DNA from: Promethearchaeota archaeon
GTDB lineage: Archaea; Asgardarchaeota; Lokiarchaeia; Sigyniarchaeales; SOKP01
Assembly (NCBI GenBank): GCA_016840085.1
Contig: JAEOTA010000081.1
Location: 64,001-128,000 of the forward strand
Direction of reading: 5' to 3'
Length of the DNA: 64,000 nt
The notes beneath the pieces were generated by a model. It made no database searches. It was not told the origin of the DNA and saw nothing but the letters and a program-made list of their open reading frames with translations. Position numbers and translations under genes: made by a program. Within the stretch, counting starts at the first letter, position 1. The number at the start of each line of letters is the position of its first letter. Below are positions 39,067-49,842 of the stretch, piece after piece.

Positions 39067-40728
39067 ATGGTTACTTTAATGACTTATGATGACAAGGATG
39101 AAACTGAAAAAATTACAAGTGAACATAGAAATCTCGCAAAAAATTCTTTTTACTCAATTTTAAATACTTATGGCACTTTTTTATTTACTTTAATTATAAC
39201 TTTTTTTATTGCTAGATTAATTTCTAAGGAAGCGTGGGGATATCTAATTCTAGCAAATTCTTATATTCTTATTATTACAATAATTCTAACTTTTTTACCG
39301 CCTGGCTTAAACCAAACATTAAATTATTTTATTCCACGTTATTACGCTTTAAACCAAATAAGCAGATTGAAGTCGCTAATAAAGTACTCACTTATTTTAA
39401 AAATCATATTTTTAATTCCTGTGTTTTTTATAAGTTTTTTACTTTTTATTTTTTTATCAGATTTATTTGCATTAAATCTGACAGAGGAAAATTTAAACCT
39501 TTTATTTCTATTATCTCCTCTTATAATCATTAATAGTTTGGAAATTATATTTAATTCTATTAATCAAGGGTTCAACAAATATAACCTTCTTTTTATTTTG
39601 CTAATACTAAAATACTCAATATATATTGGGTTTTTAGCTTATTTTTTTTTCTTTCTTAAGACTATTACTCTTGAAACCCTAGTTATTACTAACGTTATTG
39701 CTTCTTTAATTTCTTTTATATTGAACTTCTTAATTATTTTAAAAATATATATTAAAATTAAAACTGATAAACAAATATCAAAATTTTCTAAAGAAGATCT
39801 ACAAAGAATTATAAAATATGGTATTCCCGTCAGAGTAGGGAAATTTTTAACTGAAATTTGGGTTGAAATCCAAACTCAAGCAATAAGTATATTTGAATCA
39901 TCAGACCAAATAACAGGTTTTAACATATCAAGAACATATTTATCTATCTCTGTAAATATTTTAGCTTCTTTATCATCTCCATTAACGATTTCTTTTTCAA
40001 GAATTATTGCTAAAAATGGAACAAATCGTATTGAATCATTATATAATCTTTTTGTAAAATACTCTTTATTTATGTATTTACTAATAACTGGTATCTTATA
40101 CTACGTAGTAGATTTTTTTATTGTTGTAATATTAGGAGAGACTTATTTAGTTTATTCAGAGCTCATAAAAATCTATCTCTTTTCTTATTTATTCTTGATC
40201 TTTGCTAGTCCATTTGACGCTCTCATGTTAGCTGAAAATAAGGCAAAATATATTGCCCAAATTAGGTTTTATGGTTTGTTGGTACGGGCACCACTATTTT
40301 TTATTTTATTAATAAATTTTGGTATGATTCCTGCCTTTTATGGAATTTTAATTAGTAATTTCTTATATGGCATTGGTTATTTGTTGTTCACGATTAAAAT
40401 TGGTAGGATAAAATTAAACTTTAAAAACATATTCTTTCAATATATTATATATTTCGTTTCTTTGGGTATTTCAATGATTCTACACATTTTTTTTGTTAAT
40501 AAGTGGAATTTTTTGATATTAAAGCAGTTAAATCTTCTCTTTTTTCAAAATTTTTATTTCTTATCATTAATTATTTTTATTTTTATTTTCATTCTCTTAA
40601 GTGTGGTTTTCAAGGTTTTTACAAAGAACGATATTGAGAATTTAAAAGGTTTCTTTAATAAGGAGAAAAAATTACATAGGTTTAGTAATAAAGTCTTAAA
40701 GATATTAAAAAAGATCTTTAGAGATTAA
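39067..40728 (+). CDS. Oligosaccharide flippase (Wzx/MOP superfamily)
   Basis: Shares LPPGLN..LNY.IPRY, TGFNI.R.Y and the C-terminal RD with 26724-28352. Confidence 0.8.
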   Translation: MVTLMTYDDKDETEKITSEHRNLAKNSFYSILNTYGTFLFTLIITFFIARLISKEAWGYLILANSYILIITIILTFLPPGLNQTLNYFIPRYYALNQISRLKSLIKYSLILKIIFLIPVFFISFLLFIFLSDLFALNLTEENLNLLFLLSPLIIINSLEIIFNSINQGFNKYNLLFILLILKYSIYIGFLAYFFFFLKTITLETLVITNVIASLISFILNFLIILKIYIKIKTDKQISKFSKEDLQRIIKYGIPVRVGKFLTEIWVEIQTQAISIFESSDQITGFNISRTYLSISVNILASLSSPLTISFSRIIAKNGTNRIESLYNLFVKYSLFMYLLITGILYYVVDFFIVVILGETYLVYSELIKIYLFSYLFLIFASPFDALMLAENKAKYIAQIRFYGLLVRAPLFFILLINFGMIPAFYGILISNFLYGIGYLLFTIKIGRIKLNFKNIFFQYIIYFVSLGISMILHIFFVNKWNFLILKQLNLLFFQNFYFLSLIIFIFIFILLSVVFKVFTKNDIENLKGFFNKEKKLHRFSNKVLKILKKIFRD

Positions 40729-40741
40729 GAAATAATATTTA

Positions 40742-41986
40742 TTATATTATATATTTTAAAAACAGATTTAGTTTATTCAATAGTTTTGTAAAAAGAAAAT
40801 CAATTAAAATTCGAGTGTATTTATAATTCTGCCCTAAACTCAGATAATATTGAAGTAATTTTAATTTAATTTTATCTAAATAATTTACTTTATAAGATTT
40901 AACTCTAATTGGATATAATGATTTATTTTTAGCTAAAACCCTAGCATATAAGAAATTTTTATATTTTTTCTTAATATTTTGAGATAATAATATTTTTACC
41001 AATTTCTCTTCCTTCAGATCGAAAATTGAAGCAAACGACTCTATAATTTCTTTACCTTTTGATGTTCTAATTATGATATTAGAGTTACCTTCCTTATTTT
41101 GTTTTTTTTTTATATAACAATCTCCGAAAGAAATATCTGATAACCTATTCAGCTTATCAAAACAAAAAAGGCATCTATTCAAATTAAAATATTTTTTAAG
41201 TGATATTCGAATAGTTCTATCTAAAATTAAACTTCGACCAGAATTAAACACAATTTTTGAATGTCCTGGCCACCCATATTTTTCTTTTGTGCGATAATAG
41301 AACTCATCAGTATTTTCCTTAGATTTACCATAAAGGTCGTTAATAATTTTAAGAAAATTAAAGTTTAAGGTGGCATCACAGAATAATCCTAGAAAAAGTA
41401 AATTTTTTTCTAGTATTTTGTTTTTTCTTATAAATTTTTTGATACCCAATATTTGACAAGGGGTTCCAACGATAATATATTTTTTTTTATCCTTCTCTTT
41501 TAAAATTTCAATAACATTATAAACAGAAGCAGGGATATATTTTGATCCAGCAGATTTAATAATTTCACCAATATCATTAGACATTGCTAAACGTGCGGGG
41601 CGATCATTAGATTTTTGAAATTTAAGGACAAAAGCAGCATCAAATTCTCGATTTTTAATTAATTCAACTATTAATTTTGTAACCAAACCTCCACTTGTTG
41701 ATAATTTTCTGATTTGATTATTTTTACAAAAGCCACTAAAACACTCTATTGAATTTTGTTTGATAATATCCATAAAATTATCTTCTTCCATTAAATCCAG
41801 AGTAAAAATGTCAATACCTGGACAAACTTCTAAACAAATACCACACATATTACACAGATTTTCATTAACTTCTGGGATAAACTGTCCTCTTAATGATCTC
41901 ATAGAAATAGCATTTTCAGGGCAAGCTGAGCTACAAATTTCACAGGATACACATAAATCTAGTGCGACAGTTTTTGTAATATTCAT
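40742..41986 (-). CDS. FrhB/FdhB-family (F420 hydrogenase beta-like) Fe-S flavoprotein with N-terminal 2x[4Fe-4S]
   Basis: CVSCEICSSACP, CNMCGICLEVCP, STSGG, SKY, VGTPCQ, GLFC and RC..C.D....SDISFGD motifs. Confidence 0.9.
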   Translation of the reverse strand: MNITKTVALDLCVSCEICSSACPENAISMRSLRGQFIPEVNENLCNMCGICLEVCPGIDIFTLDLMEEDNFMDIIKQNSIECFSGFCKNNQIRKLSTSGGLVTKLIVELIKNREFDAAFVLKFQKSNDRPARLAMSNDIGEIIKSAGSKYIPASVYNVIEILKEKDKKKYIIVGTPCQILGIKKFIRKNKILEKNLLFLGLFCDATLNFNFLKIINDLYGKSKENTDEFYYRTKEKYGWPGHSKIVFNSGRSLILDRTIRISLKKYFNLNRCLFCFDKLNRLSDISFGDCYIKKKQNKEGNSNIIIRTSKGKEIIESFASIFDLKEEKLVKILLSQNIKKKYKNFLYARVLAKNKSLYPIRVKSYKVNYLDKIKLKLLQYYLSLGQNYKYTRILIDFLFTKLLNKLNLFLKYII

Positions 41987-42017
41987 AGTTTCAATAATGA
42001 AATTAAATGTTTTCTCT

Positions 42018-43370
42018 TTATTCTTGAATATATTTAGTGATTATATCAAAACAATTTCTCGTTTTTAAAATAGATTCAAACCTTGACTTAATTTTTTCCT
42101 TTTCATGCTGAAAATTTAGTAACATTTTTTCTAGGCTTTTATCTAGTATTTCAATATTTAAAAGATCCCTAATATCATAATAATAATCAGCTTGTTTGAA
42201 ATATTCTAATAACTCGTAATATTTTACTGCCCACCCGATAACAATAGCAGGTACACCGTTCTTATATGCATGAATAATAGAATGATAACGCGAAGCAATG
42301 ACAAAATCAAATTTTTTTATAAGATTTTCAATTTCAATAACATTTAAATCGTCTGAGATTAAATAGATTCTTTCATTATTTGTCAAGAGATTTTTAATTT
42401 TTTCACATATTTCAACATCTCCATTTGAATGCCGTAAAATATAGACATTTTTCTTGGCTTTCATCAATTTCTTTAATATATGGGAGTAGATACTGTAAAT
42501 TTTTTCAGTTTTTATTCTTTCAATAACCATTCTGTTAGGAATTATACAAACAGAATTAGGGAGAATATTATAATCTTTACTTTTTATTTCTTCTCTATAA
42601 ATATTTGATAAATTATAACCTTCATTTTGAATGACGATATCAAATGTTTTCTTGATATTTATGTTCTTAAATTGACTTAAATATCTTAATCCATCATATT
42701 CCCTAGAAAAAATTACTTTTGGGTATTTCAAATAGTATTTTGCTAACGGATAGAAAAATATTCTATTTTTAAATGAAAAATTAAATGGTCCAATAGATTG
42801 GGGAAAAATTAAATAAGGAATTTCTTGCTTTTTAGCAATAATTATATCTAAAATATAAAAAATCCAATAATTTTGGTCAAATTGCGAAGAAAATCTATAT
42901 CCACTGATATCAATTATAAGGGCCGTATTTTCAATTATATTTTCTATTTTGGTATCAAAAAGACTACGTTTAAAAGTTTTTATAAAATATTTGTGCAAAA
43001 TACATGAGAGTAAGATTCTATGCCAATTTGTCCAAGGTGTAATATTAAACTTGTATTTATAGCTTTCAATTGTCTCAAATTCGAAAATAGAAAATAAATA
43101 GAATTTCTTATTCGGAAATTTTCTCTTCATTTGATCCACTACGGTAAATGTCATTGCCTGAGCACCTTTATTAGCAAGACTTCCACCAACTATAATTATA
43201 TTATTTCTACTCTTATTAGAAATGTTTATTTTTCTTTTTTTCCAAATTAAGTTAAAACCTGTTTCTATGAGTAGAATTATAGGCAAAATAAAATTTAAAA
43301 AAACGTTTCTAATTATTTCTACACATTTTGTTAAGTTCTCAGATATTCTTCTCATAAAATAAGAAATCAT
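42018..43370 (-). CDS. Polysaccharide pyruvyl transferase family (WcaK-like)
   Basis: NKGAQAM, PQSIGPF, SRE, ASRYHS and GWAVKY motifs. Confidence 0.88.
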   Translation of the reverse strand: MISYFMRRISENLTKCVEIIRNVFLNFILPIILLIETGFNLIWKKRKINISNKSRNNIIIVGGSLANKGAQAMTFTVVDQMKRKFPNKKFYLFSIFEFETIESYKYKFNITPWTNWHRILLSCILHKYFIKTFKRSLFDTKIENIIENTALIIDISGYRFSSQFDQNYWIFYILDIIIAKKQEIPYLIFPQSIGPFNFSFKNRIFFYPLAKYYLKYPKVIFSREYDGLRYLSQFKNINIKKTFDIVIQNEGYNLSNIYREEIKSKDYNILPNSVCIIPNRMVIERIKTEKIYSIYSHILKKLMKAKKNVYILRHSNGDVEICEKIKNLLTNNERIYLISDDLNVIEIENLIKKFDFVIASRYHSIIHAYKNGVPAIVIGWAVKYYELLEYFKQADYYYDIRDLLNIEILDKSLEKMLLNFQHEKEKIKSRFESILKTRNCFDIITKYIQE

Positions 43371-43562
43371 AATTAATAAGAAAAATTTGGGAAATTATTA
43401 TTTAAGTTGCTAAAATCTTTAGAATTATATAAAATTGACCAGATATCATCTCTTAAAATCAAATTATTTACGAAAATATTAAAAATCTAAATGTGCCAAG
43501 AAAAATAAACACATTAGTCTATTATAGAATTTTGTTCTCTATTGGAGACTTATTAATCTTGT

Positions 43563-45578
43563 TTAAATCTTAAAAAAAATATATTTGTTATTTTCATAAA
43601 GAACACTATAATTACCTCTAATCTGAAGTAAAGCCGATACTGTTATATTGAATTTTGGCGTGATTGAATAATTAATCTCATTTAAAATAATCATTTCAGA
43701 TATAGTCGTAAAATTAGTTCCATACGTATAAAAAATTGATGAATTGATAACCAAATACCTATAAATTGAAATTAAACTAAACATATTTTTTGGGGCAATA
43801 TTATCAAAAAGCATTAAATTAATCTCATTTGTTTTACTACCATAAACTCTATTAAAATAATCTCCAGAATACAGGAAAACATCATCCAGATCCTTATCAT
43901 TATAATAGCTATAATAGAAATACGTGTAATGTTCATCTAAATGGGATATATATAAATATAATCCCAATCCTAATAAAATAGAAAATGTAATAACTTTATA
44001 TTCTTTTAAATTAACAGATTTTTGGTTTTTGCCTTCTTTATACTGAGAAACTTTATGATTTAAAAAAGTAATAAATTCTCTTATCACTAAACAAAAAAGA
44101 ATTGCCCAGAATCCTTGAAATAATTCAAACAATCGTGGAATAAATCGTACTAAAAAAGTTACTGGAATTATAAATGAAATTTTGAACTTATACAGGAATC
44201 CAACTATAACGAATGTAATGAAAGTTACCAAGAGTGAAAATAATAGAAAAGAAATTATTTTAATATAAAATGAGGATAGCTTATTTTTTTTCTTTAGATT
44301 TAGAAAGAAGGCGATGAACAAAATAAATGTTAAATATTTTAAATTATTATTTTGAAAAGATTTAATAAGATATTCAAGAAAATTGAAAAATGCTCTCGTA
44401 ATATTTACATTTTGTACATTCAATAATTGTAAATTATATAGTTGAAAATTTTGAGAAGAGCTATAATTATTTACATTTACGCTATAAGTATTATAGTAAT
44501 AAAGAATTGTATTAATTATACTTATTCCCTGTAAGAAAAGATTAAGGAAGTAAAATAGTGAAAATAATAAGAAAAATGAAATTATAATTAAATTATTCTT
44601 TAAAATATTTTTAATTTTAATCCCTTCTGCTTCTTTTCTAGAAATAATGCTTTTAAGTAAGCCCCATAATTCATACATTAGAAATAAGACAATATAAAAA
44701 ACCCCATAAAGAACATGGCATAGAAAAATGCCTCCTAAAAGACCTCCCCTCTTGAAATTATTAACATAACTTTGAGAATTTTCAAAACTTAAAATGAAAA
44801 TAAATCCAAAGGTAGTTGCAAGTATAGATGGAACAGAAAGAATATATCGAAAAAAGAGAAATCTAAAACTTAGAAAAATAACTAAAGTAAAAATGATATA
44901 TTCATTTTTAGTAAAAATTTTTTTTGCTAAATAATATATGGTAAGAACGTTGAAATACATTAAAAACATTGGAATAAATTTAATATAATAATAAAAAATA
45001 AAGTAATCATTAATAAAAATTAAAGGCGCTGCTGAAAAGAAGATAAAACCAGCAGAATATCCTTTAACTAATTCGTAATCTAACCCACCATAAAATTTCA
45101 ATTTTATAACAGCTTCAAACCAATAAAATGGATCTCTATAAGGCAAACTTAAATTTTGTTCAACAGAGAATTGAATTAAAGACTGGAGAACGAAAATTAT
45201 AATCAATATTGCTAAACGTATGCAATTTTGCCTTTCTTTAAGAAGTATTAATCTTTTCTTAAAATTTTTAATCTTTACCCTTGAATGGTATATTTCATCT
45301 TTTTGATACCAAAAAATAAATGAGATTATTATAAAAATAGAGGGTGGTAAATACACATATATAAAATTAAATTCCAAAAACATCTCAATTATATAGCAAT
45401 AGCTAATAAAAAGTAAGACTCCTATCCCAAATGATTCCAGAATTGTTTTTAAAGATACTTTCTCCTGTCTTAAATTACTACTTATACAAATTAAAAAAAA
45501 ATATCCAAAAAGAATTATGTAAATTGAGAATAGTATAAAAATTACCAGAATTATTAAAAAAAGAAGTGGAGTTATCAT
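43563..45578 (-). CDS. Polytopic membrane protein, distant GT-C-like
   Basis: Many TM segments, YRDPFYW loop, N-x-S/T-rich soluble C-terminus. Confidence 0.5.
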   Translation of the reverse strand: MITPLLFLIILVIFILFSIYIILFGYFFLICISSNLRQEKVSLKTILESFGIGVLLFISYCYIIEMFLEFNFIYVYLPPSIFIIISFIFWYQKDEIYHSRVKIKNFKKRLILLKERQNCIRLAILIIIFVLQSLIQFSVEQNLSLPYRDPFYWFEAVIKLKFYGGLDYELVKGYSAGFIFFSAAPLIFINDYFIFYYYIKFIPMFLMYFNVLTIYYLAKKIFTKNEYIIFTLVIFLSFRFLFFRYILSVPSILATTFGFIFILSFENSQSYVNNFKRGGLLGGIFLCHVLYGVFYIVLFLMYELWGLLKSIISRKEAEGIKIKNILKNNLIIISFFLLFSLFYFLNLFLQGISIINTILYYYNTYSVNVNNYSSSQNFQLYNLQLLNVQNVNITRAFFNFLEYLIKSFQNNNLKYLTFILFIAFFLNLKKKNKLSSFYIKIISFLLFSLLVTFITFVIVGFLYKFKISFIIPVTFLVRFIPRLFELFQGFWAILFCLVIREFITFLNHKVSQYKEGKNQKSVNLKEYKVITFSILLGLGLYLYISHLDEHYTYFYYSYYNDKDLDDVFLYSGDYFNRVYGSKTNEINLMLFDNIAPKNMFSLISIYRYLVINSSIFYTYGTNFTTISEMIILNEINYSITPKFNITVSALLQIRGNYSVLYENNKYIFFKI

Positions 45579-45866
45579 ATGTAAACAATTTATAATATAA
45601 GAAAAGTATTTAAAAAGTTTAATTATATAAAAGCATAATTTTCTTATAAAAATTACAAATTTATTATTAATTAACTTTATTTTAGTGAACAGATTTTAAT
45701 TTTAAATGGTATCATTGGAAAAGATTTAGGGGATTATTAAAGCATATCTTAACTCTTATATTAATGAGAAAAGTTGACTTTTGAATAGAAAAATATTGCA
45801 AATAAAATTAAACGATTATATATAGATGTTTAAAAAAACAATTAAATAATGTATTTATTCAATTAG

Positions 45867-47084
45867 ATGTTTAGGTTGTTGAAAAAGATTAAATATTTCT
45901 TGAATTTTTTATTAGATTTTATTTCTAAAAAATTAGATATGGATATTGGACATTTAATAACATATTTCTTATCAACTTTATATAGCAATAATCAAGTTAA
46001 AAATAAGTTATTAATTTTTGGAAGTACTAATGGAAAACAATTTCTAGGTAATAGTAAAGATCTCTTTCTTTATCTTACCAAGCATTCAAATTATCATTGT
46101 GTTTGGATAACTGCCTCCAAACAAGTATTTGAAAATTTGAAAAAACAAAATTATAACGTTGTTTTAAATCGAGATTGGTTTAGGGCAATCAAAATTTTAA
46201 AAATGGCAAATTATATTTTTATCACGCACGGTTTTGGAGATATCGCATGGATTAAATTTTCACCAAAAACAAAATTCATTCATTTAGAGCACGGAACCGC
46301 ATTAAAAAAACAAGGATTTGATTTTCTAGAAAAGAAATACAATATATTTCAAAAAATCCTATTTGAAAAATTAGCTAAGAGGATAGATTATATGATTGTT
46401 CCATCAGAAGAAGCAAAAAAATTAAAAATGTCGTGTTATCATTTACCTTCTAATAAGTTTATTATAAGTGGTTATCCTAGAAACGATATCCTTATAAATT
46501 ATACAAAAAATTTGCAGGAAACTATTAAAGAGAAATTAAATCTTAAAAAAGATCATGAAATTTTGTTATATGCGCCAACATATAGAAGAGAATATGAATA
46601 TGAAAGTTCTATAAACAAAATTTTCCTTGAAAAATTAGATCAGTTTTTAATAAAGGAAAAAAAGATTTTCTTATATAAACCTCATCCTTTTTCAGAAAAA
46701 ATAGAAACAGAGATTTATAAAAATATTATATCTATTTCACCTAAGATAAACATCTCGGACTTATTAATAATTACAGATCTATTAATCACCGATTATTCTG
46801 GTGTTTTTTTTGATTATCTCCTTACTTTACGACCAATCGTGTTTTTTAGCTACGATTTAGACATATATAAAGACGCTCGAAATTTTTATTATGATTATGA
46901 ATCTTTTGTTCCTGGACCAATAGCCAAAACTGGAGATGAATTAATATTAATATTAAAAAATATTAACGATTGGAACAAAAAGTATGAGAAAAAGAGAAAA
47001 ATAATTCATAATAGGTTTAACAAATATTCCGATGGAAACTCAAGGCAGAGAATCATCAAATTTTTAGATTTAAAATTAAATTAA
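45867..47084 (+). CDS. CDP-glycerol glycerophosphotransferase (TagF/TagB) family
   Basis: HGTALKK, SGYPRND, LYAPTYR, KPHP, LITDYSGVFFDY and DGNS motifs. Confidence 0.9.
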   Translation: MFRLLKKIKYFLNFLLDFISKKLDMDIGHLITYFLSTLYSNNQVKNKLLIFGSTNGKQFLGNSKDLFLYLTKHSNYHCVWITASKQVFENLKKQNYNVVLNRDWFRAIKILKMANYIFITHGFGDIAWIKFSPKTKFIHLEHGTALKKQGFDFLEKKYNIFQKILFEKLAKRIDYMIVPSEEAKKLKMSCYHLPSNKFIISGYPRNDILINYTKNLQETIKEKLNLKKDHEILLYAPTYRREYEYESSINKIFLEKLDQFLIKEKKIFLYKPHPFSEKIETEIYKNIISISPKINISDLLIITDLLITDYSGVFFDYLLTLRPIVFFSYDLDIYKDARNFYYDYESFVPGPIAKTGDELILILKNINDWNKKYEKKRKIIHNRFNKYSDGNSRQRIIKFLDLKLN

Positions 47085-47110
47085 GTCCTTAATTCTAAGA
47101 CATTACTAAT

Positions 47111-48247
47111 TCAATTAAAAATTACATTCAAGACTTTATTCTCAAAATCTTTTGCTATTCTTTCATAAGATTGATTTTCTTCCAACCATTTCCTCCCATT
47201 AAGACCCATTTTTTCGGCTTTTTCTGATGTCTGGAATAATTTAATCATCGATTTAGCAAAAGATTCTGCATTAAAATCAACAAGCAATCCTCCTTTACTA
47301 TTCTTGATTGTCTTTACGTGTGGAGGGATTTCCTTATTTGCTATAACAGGTCTAGAACAACTCATATACTCAAATAATTTTAACGGTGAACTTACTTGGT
47401 ATTGATAGTAAGGAGGAATAGGGCATAAAGCTATATGAGATTTAGAAACATATTTATGAACATTTTCGTAAGGCACCAAACCTGTAAATATTATATTTTT
47501 TTCTAAATCATACATTCTTGTTAAATTTCTAAGATTATTTAAATCGTTACCCTTTCCAACCATAAAAAGCTGAGCATCTTTATATTTTTCACATACTATT
47601 TTCATTGCTTTTATTAATATATCTAATTTTCTAATTTTTGCCAGCGTTCCCATATAAATAAATTTAGGATTCTTAAAGGATTGTGGATATTTTGAAGGCT
47701 GAAATAAATCTACATTTGCTCCGTTTTCAAATATATAAATTTTCTTTTTATCAATTTTATTAGAGATAAGATATTTTCCCATCCATTCGCTAGGTGGCAA
47801 AATAAGATCTGCTTTTTTCATAAATTTCATTAATACTATTTCTTTAATACTACCTCCAATACTTATCGGATTATGCCATTTCCGATTAAATTCTGCAAAA
47901 TATTTTATAGGATTTATGAATTGAAAAAATAAAGGTATATTAAACTTTTTTTTTATTAAAATACCAATCAAGAGAAGTGAGAGCGCATCTCTTGAAAAAA
48001 CTAAGTCAAATTTTTCAGAATTAACAACTTGAAATAGTTTTTTTACATATTTTTTAAATATAGGTACGTTATAAAATTCGATGTTTTCCCAAAAGAAATG
48101 ACTTTTTTCAGATTCGATACGTACAAATGCAACTATCTTATGTTTTTTGGACAAATACTTGCCAAAAACTTCAGCCAGTTGAGTTCTTAAGGGTATTGAT
48201 TGGTTAGGGTAATAAGTTAGTATTAAAATTTTTAGTTTTCTTTTCAT
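47111..48247 (-). CDS. GT4 glycosyltransferase
   Basis: NGANVDLF, YMGTL and SSPLKLFEYM motifs. Confidence 0.9.
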   Translation of the reverse strand: MKRKLKILILTYYPNQSIPLRTQLAEVFGKYLSKKHKIVAFVRIESEKSHFFWENIEFYNVPIFKKYVKKLFQVVNSEKFDLVFSRDALSLLLIGILIKKKFNIPLFFQFINPIKYFAEFNRKWHNPISIGGSIKEIVLMKFMKKADLILPPSEWMGKYLISNKIDKKKIYIFENGANVDLFQPSKYPQSFKNPKFIYMGTLAKIRKLDILIKAMKIVCEKYKDAQLFMVGKGNDLNNLRNLTRMYDLEKNIIFTGLVPYENVHKYVSKSHIALCPIPPYYQYQVSSPLKLFEYMSCSRPVIANKEIPPHVKTIKNSKGGLLVDFNAESFAKSMIKLFQTSEKAEKMGLNGRKWLEENQSYERIAKDFENKVLNVIFN

Positions 48248-48454
48248 ATGAGCTTTTAAATATAAAATATAATTTTAAATTAATTTATTTATATTAATAA
48301 AAAGCTAAATTAATGGGCTTAAATGGAAGAAAATGAGTCAAGCAAAATCGAACATACGAAAAATTAGCTTTAGCTTTAGAAAAAAAAATTTTAAGAGAAT
48401 TTTTTCATTGATCCAATTTTTTTAAGATGTAGTAATTAACATATTATTTCTAAT

Positions 48455-49657
48455 TTATGGAATATACCCTTTTTTACTTTTAATATTATAGTATATCTTT
48501 TTGATAGTATTAGCTACATTAATCCAATCAAATCTTTTTACTAATTCTAATGAATTTTTAACAAGTTCTTTACCCCATTCTTTATCATTAAATAGTTTTT
48601 TAAGTAATTCAGCAATTTCTTCATGATTTCCTACTGAAACCAATAAATTTTTATCAAGGATCTCTCTTACTTCTCCAACATCGGTGGCAATGCAGGGTAC
48701 TCCAGAAGCAATAGATTCTAATACTACTGTTGGGAATCCTTCTATATGAGATGTTAATGCACATAAATCAGATATTGCATAAAAATTTTCAACCTTTTTC
48801 TTTTTACCAAGTAAAAAAACATTACTTTTTAAGTTAAGTTCTCTTATTTCGTTTTTCAATAAGTTGCTGTATAATCCATCTCCGATATATAGCAATTTGA
48901 TTTTCTTTCTTTCATTTTCATTTAGGTGAGCTAAAAATGAGTTTAAACCATGTAAAAAATCAATCATTCCTTTAACTTTTTGTAGAAAAACCATATAGCC
49001 AATGTAAATTATTACAAAATCATCAACATTAATTATTTTAGAGAGCCCTAATTCTTTTATTATTCTGCTTTTCTCCTTATTATTTCTAACATGAAAGAAT
49101 TTACCTAGTTCAATTCCGTTAGGAATCCATATTAATTTTTTTGTATCTGCATTATTTTTCTCAAAATATAATCTCATTTTTCTGCTTATTATAATGTGAT
49201 AAATAGACCTCCGATTAATTGATCTTAGTTCTAATAAGTAATCTAATTTATATGGTGAATCAAGTCCATGTTGAGTATAAATAAATGGAATTTTAAAAAG
49301 ATAATTAAATAACAGAGCAATAAATCCAGTAATTGAAGGATTATCACAATGAATTAAGTCAATTCTATATTTACGATGTAATTTTAAAATTTTTTTAAGA
49401 GAAAAAATTATAAACATCAAAACAAATTTAATTTTTTTAGATATTGAATCATTTTTAGTAGGAACAGTTGTTGGTAAATAATATATAGTAAAATAACGAT
49501 TAATAATTTCTTTCTTCTTATATATTTGTTCAGACCGACTTGATATATTAAATATACGAAAATCCTTTCCTGAAACATATTTAGATAACATAAAAGCATA
49601 AATGGCAGGTCCTCCGCTATCAGGATAAATTCTTGTTGTTATTCTAACTATATTCAT
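48455..49657 (-). CDS. GT4 glycosyltransferase (paralog of 53739-54929)
   Basis: RIYPDSGGPA, YIGYMVFLQKVKGMIDFL and EGFPTVVLE motifs. Confidence 0.9.
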   Translation of the reverse strand: MNIVRITTRIYPDSGGPAIYAFMLSKYVSGKDFRIFNISSRSEQIYKKKEIINRYFTIYYLPTTVPTKNDSISKKIKFVLMFIIFSLKKILKLHRKYRIDLIHCDNPSITGFIALLFNYLFKIPFIYTQHGLDSPYKLDYLLELRSINRRSIYHIIISRKMRLYFEKNNADTKKLIWIPNGIELGKFFHVRNNKEKSRIIKELGLSKIINVDDFVIIYIGYMVFLQKVKGMIDFLHGLNSFLAHLNENERKKIKLLYIGDGLYSNLLKNEIRELNLKSNVFLLGKKKKVENFYAISDLCALTSHIEGFPTVVLESIASGVPCIATDVGEVREILDKNLLVSVGNHEEIAELLKKLFNDKEWGKELVKNSLELVKRFDWINVANTIKKIYYNIKSKKGYIP

Positions 49658-49842
49658 AAGATTTTCAATGTAATATTTATTGTATTATATTGAAATAAAT
49701 AAAATTGTTATTTTATTATTTCTAAAAATTACTTAACAATTAAATTATTTTTTTACCCATTTAATTTTTCTTAAATAGAAAAAAAAATAATGATTAGGTA
49801 ATTATAATATTCTATCTTGATAGATCAATTATTTTGATATAA

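Noticed and set aside
40742-41986. F420-reducing hydrogenase operon
   Set aside because: No FrhA/FrhG or maturation genes are present; the context is glycan modification.
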